64,000 bases of DNA from Hanamia sp. (GTDB taxonomy: Bacteria > Bacteroidota > Bacteroidia > Chitinophagales > Chitinophagaceae): the NCBI GenBank assembly GCA_036509335.1, contig DATCFT010000023.1:7904-71903 (forward strand), written 5' to 3'. A program made the position numbers and the translations under genes. Shown here one piece after another: positions 56,947-64,000 of this stretch. The notes beneath the pieces were generated by a model that was given only the letters and a program-made list of their open reading frames with translations, had not been told where the DNA came from and did no database searches. Within the stretch, counting starts at the first letter, position 1, and every line of letters starts with the position of its first letter.

Positions 56947-57284
56947 TTATTTAATTCTAAAAAAGAAAAATTAATGAGAGGAGTAAATACTCCTGGTATT
57001 TGTCATTAATTGCAAAAGCTTTGCTTTCTTTTGCTTTTCCCGTAATATATTTCTATTATTTATAGTGAATCATTTTGTGGTACCAGCATAAGTGTTGGAC
57101 AAAGAAAAACCTCAACTAATCATTTATATTGTATCAAAACCACACACAAAGTGTATCAAAACCGTACAGCTTTATTTTTTTTAATTTTATAAGATATTGA
57201 AAAGCAATGTATAAATAAGTGGCATCAATTTTCTTACTTAGATTGCATAAAATTTATCAACGGAAGTAAAATTTAATTATTAAA

Positions 57285-59708
57285 ATGATTAAAAATTATT
57301 TAAAGATCGCCCTGCGAAACCTGGTAAGGCACAAAGCTTTTTCTATGATTAATATTGGGGGGCTTGCCATTGGTATTGCTTCCTGCTTATTACTTTTTAC
57401 TGTTGTCAAATATGAATTAAGCTATGATACTTTTCAGCCAAACTATAATAGGATCTATCATGTAGTACAGGAGAATAAATTTTCTGATGGCATTATTTAT
57501 AATTCAGGAGTTCCTTTTCCTGCCTTGAAAGCATTGCGTTTGGATTTTCCTCAAATCACTACAGGAGTATTAATGTCAAGCAGCGGAAGCCAGGTAACTG
57601 TATTAGGTTCTAATGCATCAAATAATTCTTTTGATAAAAAATTTATAGAAGCAACAGGTTTCTTTTTTGCTGACCCGCAATTTTTCAAGGTGTTCCACTA
57701 CAAATGGCTTTACGGAGATCCTTCTGCTTTAAAAGAACCTAACAATACAGTACTCACCATAAAGCTAGCTAAAAAATATTTTGGTAATTGGCAGAACGCA
57801 ATTGGGAAATTATTAAAATTAGACAATACCGCTACAGTAAAAGTAGCAGGCATTTTAGAAGATCCACCTATCAATTCAGACTTCCCTTTAGGGATCGTTA
57901 CTTCTTATGAAACAGCGAAAGCAAATGCTTCAACTTATAATTATCATGATGATTGGCATAGTACAACCAGTAATTTCCAGGTATTTATGTTGCTACCAGG
58001 AAATATCTCTTCGCATAATATTGATAAACAATTAATTCCTTTCAATGAAAAATATAATAAATACATAAAAGGCTCAAACAATATCAGAATTAATTTTTTA
58101 CAACCATTAAGTGAAGTTCACTTTGATAAAAGATTTTCCAATTTCGGTGATCACATCACCAGCAAAGCCACCTTGTGGACTTTATTATTGATCGGCCTAT
58201 TCATCATTATCATGGCATGCATTAATTTTATCAATTTATCTACCGCGCAAGCTGTTGGAAGAAGTAAGGAAATTGGCATCAGGAAAGTACTAGGAGGTTT
58301 TCGCCGACAATTATTCGGACAGATTATTGGCGAAACTGCCTGTATTGTTATTGCTTCCGTTTTGCTCGCGATTATCATTGCAATGCTTTGTCTTCCTTTT
58401 ATTAAAAATATTGCGCTGATACACGAGCCTCTTCATTTATTAAACTGGCAAACTGTTTCATTTCTAATATCCTTAAGTGTTGGCATAATATTATTTGCAG
58501 GAACCTATCCGGCATTCATTCTTTCAGGATTCAGGCCCGCTTTGGCTTTGAAAAATAAAATTACTTCTGCAAATATTGGCGGAATCTCTGTCAGAAGAAG
58601 CCTGGTAGTACTTCAATTTGCTATTTCTCAAATACTTATTATCGGAACTATAGTCGCTATTACTCAAATGAGCTTTGTAAAAAACGCCGACCTCGGTTTC
58701 AACCAGGATGCAGTACTGCTATACAATGCCAATACTGACAGTGCATTTCATGCCAGTGAAGAATCATTTAAGCAAAAAATATTGCAATTTCCAGGGGTGC
58801 AATCAGTAAGTTTTAGCAGTGATGTACCTTCGTCAGATAATGGATGGTTTACCAATTTCGCTTACGATTATCGTCCTGATGAAAAATTCCAGGTGAGCTT
58901 GAAATTTACAGATGAAGATTATTTTAAAACATTTGGATTACATTTTATAGCAGGAAAACCATTTGATAAAAGTGACACTATCAAGGAAGTTGTAATTAAT
59001 GAAACATTGGTAAAGCAATTAGGTGTTAAGGACCCTGAAACAGTAATCGGAAAAGGAATCAGGTTGGGAGGAGGAACATGGAAAACCATTTCAGGTGTGG
59101 TAAAAGATTTTAAAACAAGCTCATTAAGAGATGCTATAAAGCCTACGCTGATTTGCCAGAACATCAATAATTATTCAGTTACTGCTATAAAATTACATAC
59201 ATCAAATATTTCCAAAACAAAGGCTGCCATCACCGCTGCCTGGGATCAATATTTCCCGGAATATGCTTTTACTACTTCCTTCATGGACGAAAATATTGCA
59301 CAATTTTATCAACAGGAAGATCAACTGGAATTGTTGTATAAAATTTTTGCAGGTATTGCTATATTCATTTCTTGTCTCGGTTTATACGGATTGGTTTCTT
59401 TTATGGCTGTTCAAAAAACCAAAGAGATCGGCGTGAGAAAAGTGCTTGGAGCTTCCATAAAAAACATCATTTATCTTTTTTCAAAAGAATTTACGATTCT
59501 TATTTTAACAGGTTCAGTTGTTGCAATTCCGGTTGCCTATTTTATGATGAGTCATTGGCTGCAGAATTTTACTTTTCGCATAAATATGAGTATTGGGATA
59601 TTTATTATTGCTATAATTATTTCAATTATTGTGGCGTGGGTAGCTGTGGGGTATAAATCTGTAAAAGCAGCGGTAGCGAATCCTGTAAAAAGTTTGAGAA
59701 GCGAGTAA
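57285..59708 (+). CDS. MacB/FtsX-type ABC transporter permease (two FtsX domains with large periplasmic domains)
   Basis: The 807-aa ORF starts MIKNYLKIALRNLVRHKAFS and has duplicated FtsX motifs (RSKEIGIRKVLGG and KTKEIGVRKVLGAS). Confidence 0.85.
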   Translation: MIKNYLKIALRNLVRHKAFSMINIGGLAIGIASCLLLFTVVKYELSYDTFQPNYNRIYHVVQENKFSDGIIYNSGVPFPALKALRLDFPQITTGVLMSSSGSQVTVLGSNASNNSFDKKFIEATGFFFADPQFFKVFHYKWLYGDPSALKEPNNTVLTIKLAKKYFGNWQNAIGKLLKLDNTATVKVAGILEDPPINSDFPLGIVTSYETAKANASTYNYHDDWHSTTSNFQVFMLLPGNISSHNIDKQLIPFNEKYNKYIKGSNNIRINFLQPLSEVHFDKRFSNFGDHITSKATLWTLLLIGLFIIIMACINFINLSTAQAVGRSKEIGIRKVLGGFRRQLFGQIIGETACIVIASVLLAIIIAMLCLPFIKNIALIHEPLHLLNWQTVSFLISLSVGIILFAGTYPAFILSGFRPALALKNKITSANIGGISVRRSLVVLQFAISQILIIGTIVAITQMSFVKNADLGFNQDAVLLYNANTDSAFHASEESFKQKILQFPGVQSVSFSSDVPSSDNGWFTNFAYDYRPDEKFQVSLKFTDEDYFKTFGLHFIAGKPFDKSDTIKEVVINETLVKQLGVKDPETVIGKGIRLGGGTWKTISGVVKDFKTSSLRDAIKPTLICQNINNYSVTAIKLHTSNISKTKAAITAAWDQYFPEYAFTTSFMDENIAQFYQQEDQLELLYKIFAGIAIFISCLGLYGLVSFMAVQKTKEIGVRKVLGASIKNIIYLFSKEFTILILTGSVVAIPVAYFMMSHWLQNFTFRINMSIGIFIIAIIISIIVAWVAVGYKSVKAAVANPVKSLRSE

Positions 59709-59883
59709 TGTGTTAATTTAAAAATGAAAATTCAGATTATTTCCTGCCCGAAAGACTTAGTCAGGCGGGGTTTGTTTACTGAAAAAAATTACAAGTAACA
59801 GGCACGATTAAGCGAAAAATAAATAATGATAAATTGAATAACAAACCCAATCAACAAATAACTATTAAACTAATAAACCAACT

Positions 59884-60546
59884 ATGCTCTCATTAAAAAA
59901 GATTTTCAAATGGTACAATAATGGTGTTAACCGCACTTTTGTTTTAAAAGATATACATCTCGATGTGGATGAAGGTGAATTCATTTCTATCATGGGGCCA
60001 TCTGGCTCCGGGAAATCAACACTTCTGAATGTAATAGGAATGTTGGATGATCCTAATGAAGGTGAATATACTTTTATGGGAGAAGATGTTTTTAAACTAA
60101 AAGAAAAACAGCGTTCCCATCTTTTTAAAACACATATTGGATTTGTGTTTCAGGCTTATCATTTAATAGATGAATTAACTGTTTATGAAAATATAGAAAC
60201 ACCATTAATTTACCAGGATATAAAATCTTCTGAACGAAAATCAATGGTAGCTGATATACTCGACCGCTTTCAGATCGTAGGTAAGAAAGATCTCTTTCCA
60301 TCACAGCTTTCAGGTGGACAGCAACAACTGGTGGGTATTGCAAGAGCTTTAATTGTAAAACCAAAATTAATTCTTGCTGATGAACCCACTGGAAACCTGA
60401 ATTCAAAACAGGGCGAATATATTATGGATGTTTTTAAAGAATTAAATAATGAAGGAGTTACCATTATACAGGTAACACATTCGGAAAAAAATGCTGAGTA
60501 TGGAAAGAGAATTGTGAATCTGTTAGATGGAAGAATTGTTAGGTAG
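59884..60546 (+). CDS. ABC transporter ATP-binding protein (MacB/LolD-like)
   Basis: It has Walker A (GPSGSGKST), the signature LSGGQQQ and Walker B ([12 protein letters not shown]). Confidence 0.9.
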   Translation: MLSLKKIFKWYNNGVNRTFVLKDIHLDVDEGEFISIMGPSGSGKSTLLNVIGMLDDPNEGEYTFMGEDVFKLKEKQRSHLFKTHIGFVFQAYHLIDELTVYENIETPLIYQDIKSSERKSMVADILDRFQIVGKKDLFPSQLSGGQQQLVGIARALIVKPKLILADEPTGNLNSKQGEYIMDVFKELNNEGVTIIQVTHSEKNAEYGKRIVNLLDGRIVR

Positions 60547-60628
60547 AAATAAAATACAAAATCTCTTTATTTATTTGTTTGCTATTGAGACGGAGAAATA
60601 AAAAATTTAAAATAAGAAATAAGAAAGT

Positions 60629-62044
60629 ATGAAATCATTTTTTTTAAGCTTGCTATTTATAACATTTACATTAATTGCCACAGCGCAAAATAAATTGACT
60701 TTAAAACAGGCAATTGAAATTGGAATTAAAAACAATTTCGACGTTTTGCAATCTGATTTGCTAATGCAAAAAGCAGGTATTGCATTAAAACAAACCAGAG
60801 AAAATATGTTGCCCAACCTTAATGCCAGCGTTGACCAGGGAATGAATTACGGAAAAAGTATTAACCCTTTTACCAATGCATATATAGATCAAAAAGTTGG
60901 CTTTGGAGGTTATGGGGCAAGCAGCAATATTTTGTTGTTCAACGGATTTTCTTTGCAAAATGCAATTAAATCCAATAAGTTGGGATATGAGGCATCTGAA
61001 ATGGAATTACAACAGGCAAAGGATAATCTTACCATCAATATAATCCTGGCTTACCTACAGATATTAAGCGCAGAAGATGTTTTGAAACAATCCCAGGACC
61101 AGGTGATGGTAACTCAGAAACAGGTTGACCGTCTTGCCATATTAAATCAAACCGGAGATATATTACCCTCAGATTATTATGATCTCAAAGGGCAGTTGGC
61201 CAATGACCAGATAGCGATTGTGAATAATAAGGGAAATTTAGAGACAGCCAAACTTAGCCTGACTCAGCTTTTGAATATTCCTTATGATAGAAACCTTGAA
61301 GTGGAAAGAATATCCGAAAGCAATTTTAATATTAATTATACCGGCACCCCGGATTCAATTTATAACAACGCTTTACAGCAATTTGCGGAAATAAAAGCAG
61401 TAAAACTCAGAACCGAAAGTGCCGAAAAAAATATTCGTTCAATAAAGGGGGAATTGTTTCCAACCCTATCTTTTGGTGGCAATATCAATTCTAATTATTC
61501 GAGTGTGGCTACCCAGAGTTATTATGTAAATTCAACAGAAATACCTTCTTCAAATTATGTAACTGTTGGTGGCACTCAATATCCGGTTATCGAAAAAGAG
61601 GATAACTACAATTCTCAAAAAATTAATTTTGGAAACCAGTTGAGCAACAATCTTTATTACACGGTAAACCTGGGATTAACCATACCTCTTTTTAATTCAT
61701 TCCGTATAAGAAATCAGATAAAACTCGCAAATATTGATTTTAAAAATAATCAACTTATAGAACAACATACAAAAACCCAGTTGCAGCAATCTATTGAACA
61801 GGCTTATGTAAATCTTACTACTTCATCCGAAAAATATAAATTACTTCAGGATCAGGTACAATCTTTTGAAGAATCTTTTCGTACAGCTGAAGTACGGTTC
61901 AATGCGGGCGCTATCACTTCTGTGGATTATTTAATTGCAAAAAATAATCTTAACCTCTCGCAAAACAATCTTATCATTGCGAAATACGATTTTGTTTTGA
62001 GGGAAAAAGTACTGGATTATTATGGTGGAAAACCATTGTGGTAG
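60629..62044 (+). CDS. TolC-family outer-membrane efflux protein
   Basis: It has a signal peptide, LTLKQAIEIGIKNN, and a duplicated OEP repeat architecture. Confidence 0.85.
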   Translation: MKSFFLSLLFITFTLIATAQNKLTLKQAIEIGIKNNFDVLQSDLLMQKAGIALKQTRENMLPNLNASVDQGMNYGKSINPFTNAYIDQKVGFGGYGASSNILLFNGFSLQNAIKSNKLGYEASEMELQQAKDNLTINIILAYLQILSAEDVLKQSQDQVMVTQKQVDRLAILNQTGDILPSDYYDLKGQLANDQIAIVNNKGNLETAKLSLTQLLNIPYDRNLEVERISESNFNINYTGTPDSIYNNALQQFAEIKAVKLRTESAEKNIRSIKGELFPTLSFGGNINSNYSSVATQSYYVNSTEIPSSNYVTVGGTQYPVIEKEDNYNSQKINFGNQLSNNLYYTVNLGLTIPLFNSFRIRNQIKLANIDFKNNQLIEQHTKTQLQQSIEQAYVNLTTSSEKYKLLQDQVQSFEESFRTAEVRFNAGAITSVDYLIAKNNLNLSQNNLIIAKYDFVLREKVLDYYGGKPLW

Positions 62045-62141
62045 GAGAGGTTTCCAATACGCATAAAGAGTTTAATTAAACACGATTTTCTTGTCCACAA
62101 TCATTACTGAAAATTATTTCCATTCAATACGCAAATTTTTC

Positions 62142-62149
62142 TATTTTTG
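62142..62149 (+). promoter_or_regulatory. -7 promoter box TAttTTTG for the tRNA gene
   Basis: An exact TAnnTTTG lies 32 nt upstream of tRNA position 1. Confidence 0.5.
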
Positions 62150-62180
62150 CACTCCTTAAAATTATCTCTAAGATAATTTT

Positions 62181-62254
62181 GGGCCTATAGCTCAGTTGGT
62201 TAGAGCACCTGACTCATAATCAGGTGGTCCCAGGTTCAAATCCTGGTGGGCCCA
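62181..62254 (+). tRNA. tRNA with anticodon CAT: elongator tRNA-Met or lysidine-dependent tRNA-Ile2 (not the initiator)
   Basis: A manual cloverleaf fits: acceptor GGGCCTA/TGGGCCC, D-stem GCTC/GAGC, anticodon stem CCTGA/TCAGG with loop CTCATAA, T-arm CCAGG TTCAAAT CCTGG. It is 74 nt with no encoded CCA. A G1-C72 pair and no GGG/CCC anticodon stem argue against the initiator. Confidence 0.9.
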
Positions 62255-62263
62255 CTGAAAATG

Positions 62264-62299
62264 AAGCAGTTATGAATTAAATTTCGTAGCTGCTTTTTC
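62264..62299 (+). terminator. rho-independent terminator after the tRNA
   Basis: A 13-bp stem (aagcagttatgaa / ttcgtagctgctt, two G-U pairs) with the loop ttaaat is followed by a T-run. Confidence 0.7.
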
Positions 62300-62322
62300 A
62301 TTTGATACATCATTTGATACAT
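62299..62322 (+). repeat. perfect tandem 12-mer CATTTGATACAT x2
   Basis: Read directly, just after the tRNA terminator. Confidence 0.9.
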
Positions 62323-62440
62323 GCTTTTCACTAAGAATTTATTTGATTATTAACAATTATTTAAAAAAGTTCTTTTAGTAATTTTACCTTTTGTATTTAA
62401 AATTATGTGCTTTATCATTATTCATGAGTGAATTTTTACG

Positions 62441-63403
62441 ATGAGGAAATCAAAAACCAAAATCGGCTTCTTCTACAAGATTTTATCAAACAAATTTTAT
62501 CTCACGGAAGTACCGGTCGAAAATAAAAGAACTGTGTTGCTTCATTGGTTTTTCTGGAGAAGCTATTTAAAAGATACAATGAAAATTATACGTACCGGTA
62601 GTTGTATTACTTTATTAAGCGATTTTGTGCCAATTGAAGCAAAAACATTTTTCAGGATGTTGTATTTTGAGGGTTATGCTAAATATGTTTTTTGGACTTT
62701 TAATAACAATTTTATCATTGACTTATCACGAAATGTTTTACTCATTAGTGAAGACAATATTAAATCTTGTGTTGAAGTATTGAGGCTATATTCTATGGCG
62801 TATGATGAAAAACTAAACAATGGCGAAGATTCTGAGGTATCATTTTGTTACCGCAAAATTCTTTCTTTAAAAAAAGATAATAAATTTGACCAAATGTTTG
62901 CTCTTGACGTGAATAACAGAAAAACTGTATTAAGGCTTTTAGAAGAACGAATGGTTGAAATGAAAAAGAGTGAAGAAAATGAAAGGGACTTATCTTTAAT
63001 AGAAACTGAGCCTGCAAACCATGAACCAGTTGAGATTTCATTTTTAGATATGATTATCCCGATTAATGGAAGTAAAGAAAATACCCTAAGCTATATAGAA
63101 TCAAAAATCATCGAAGCCAGGTTCCCCCACAACATATTTCACACCATCAGGAAAACAAAAAAGGGTGCTAACCAGACCGGGCTTAATTCTGAAATAGCCG
63201 CTATGGTAAATGTTTTTCAGGATAACGGGTATTTTAAACGGGAGTTTACTTTTAAAGATATCTTTAAAAGCTTCGGAATTTATACCAAAAATCAGGCAGG
63301 AAAGGACTACGACTATTCTTTTTTTGTACAGGATTATAATTTTAAAAAATATTTAAAATATTTAAAATCCATAGAAATAGATAATGTAAACTCAGACATT
63401 TAA
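62441..63403 (+). CDS. hypothetical protein, possibly an RteC-like island regulator
   Basis: The 320-aa ORF has a C-terminal segment (TGLNSEIAAMVNVFQDNGYF...FKDIFKSFGI) that loosely recalls RteC-type proteins. The context, upstream of an excisionase-like HTH, also fits. Confidence 0.35.
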   Translation: MRKSKTKIGFFYKILSNKFYLTEVPVENKRTVLLHWFFWRSYLKDTMKIIRTGSCITLLSDFVPIEAKTFFRMLYFEGYAKYVFWTFNNNFIIDLSRNVLLISEDNIKSCVEVLRLYSMAYDEKLNNGEDSEVSFCYRKILSLKKDNKFDQMFALDVNNRKTVLRLLEERMVEMKKSEENERDLSLIETEPANHEPVEISFLDMIIPINGSKENTLSYIESKIIEARFPHNIFHTIRKTKKGANQTGLNSEIAAMVNVFQDNGYFKREFTFKDIFKSFGIYTKNQAGKDYDYSFFVQDYNFKKYLKYLKSIEIDNVNSDI

Positions 63404-63502
63404 GATTTTTAGGATTCCTCTATTTTTTGCCCTAATCCGCCTACATAAAGAAGGCAAACATTTCATATTGCATTCAATTATTCACAATTAAAAATAATTG
63501 AA

Positions 63503-63856
63503 ATGCAAACAAACAATCCCTTCGAGCTTATCTTAAACAAGCTCGAACAAATACAAACGACTGTTGATATTATATCAGTCAATTCACCTTCACAAAACCT
63601 ATCCACGCCAGCAGACCCTAACAGGATTATTGATTTACCCGAAGCCGCTAAGATACTTTGCAAACCAGTTGGCACTGTGCGTGGTTATATTCATTCCCGT
63701 AACCTTCCGGCCAGGTTAGTTGGGAAAAGCTATCTGATTGTCCATAGGGAACTGATTAAATGGTTTGAGAATTATCAGGCGGCATATGAAACTGAAAACA
63801 AAAAAACTGCCCCCGGTAAAATGATGGATAACCGTAATCGCTATCGGAAAGATTAA
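63503..63856 (+). CDS. excisionase/MerR-like helix-turn-helix DNA-binding protein
   Basis: IIDLPEAAKILCKPVGTVRGYIHSRNLPARLVGKSYLIVHRELIKWF fits the HTH_17/excisionase pattern. Confidence 0.65.
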   Translation: MQTNNPFELILNKLEQIQTTVDIISVNSPSQNLSTPADPNRIIDLPEAAKILCKPVGTVRGYIHSRNLPARLVGKSYLIVHRELIKWFENYQAAYETENKKTAPGKMMDNRNRYRKD

Positions 63857-63904
63857 TCGTAATCACTGCACTGGTAATATAATTAATCATGTAAACTTAT
63901 TTCG

Positions 63905-64000
63905 ATGGAAAGCTTACATTCATTGGAAGATGGCGGTGGTCAAATAAAGCCCCCCGAATTTCCTATTCATATTTTCCCTCAACAGCTACAACAGATAATC
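63905..64000 (+). CDS. 5' end of an ORF running off the window (DUF3987-like start?)
   Basis: An ATG at 63905 opens a frame running to the window edge (MESLHSLEDGGGQIKPPEFPIHIFPQQLQQII). The FPIHIFP..L motif resembles the N-termini of DUF3987 proteins of Bacteroidota islands. Confidence 0.35.
   Translation, partial: MESLHSLEDGGGQIKPPEFPIHIFPQQLQQII

Larger units (their letters stand above)
62255..64000 (+). mobile_element. probable left end of an integrative (mobilisable or conjugative) element inserted next to the tRNA; it continues beyond the window
   Basis: Immediately 3' of the tRNA lie an orphan 320-aa ORF, an excisionase-type HTH gene and the start of a DUF3987-like gene. This is a typical Bacteroidota island module. 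No integrase or second att copy is visible in the window. Confidence 0.45.

Noticed and set aside
62181-62254. Initiator tRNA-fMet assignment for the CAT-anticodon tRNA.
   Set aside because: Positions 1 and 72 form a normal G-C pair, and the anticodon stem (CCTGA/TCAGG) lacks the three consecutive G-C pairs typical of bacterial initiators. Elongator Met versus Ile2 (lysidine) cannot be decided by eye.

Overview
This is an AT-rich chromosomal segment, roughly one-third G+C by eye. I read it as Bacteroidota, possibly Chitinophagales or Sphingobacteriales. The support is a SusC/SusD pair, a GLPGLI-family gene, M56-TonB fusion proteins, many TAnnTTTG -7 promoter boxes, and frequent TTG/GTG starts.

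About 55 protein genes and one tRNA (anticodon CAT) are supportable. I saw no rRNA, no CRISPR array, and no transposase or integrase.

Most of the window is housekeeping: proC (partial), waaA, serA, cutC, ftsE, rpsO-pnp, prmA, plsY, dnaG, a thiolase, ddl, a ferredoxin and a Do/HtrA protease.

The accessory or unusual parts are:
1. A four-gene minus-strand operon (19188-25389). It encodes a BlaI repressor, then an M56 (BlaR1-like) membrane protease whose periplasmic part is a peptidoglycan amidase, two receptor-plug-like repeats and two TonB-C domains, then two uncharacterised lipoproteins. This is my best candidate for an undescribed signalling system.
2. A RES-Xre toxin-antitoxin pair.
3. A small-protein plus retropepsin-like protease cassette in which the protease reading frame is broken in a TTT run.
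4. An efflux region (MarR, DHA2 MFS, MacB-type ABC, TolC) with no membrane-fusion adaptor gene.
5. The left edge of a probable integrative element starting just after the tRNA.
6. A pervasive non-coding layer in the intergenic regions: degenerate tandem arrays of 7-10 bp words, often abutting stop codons; a recurrent TTTGTTTACTG-type motif; and GC-rich word palindromes.

All product calls rest on motif and family recognition by eye. No alignments, HMM searches or RNA folding were run.
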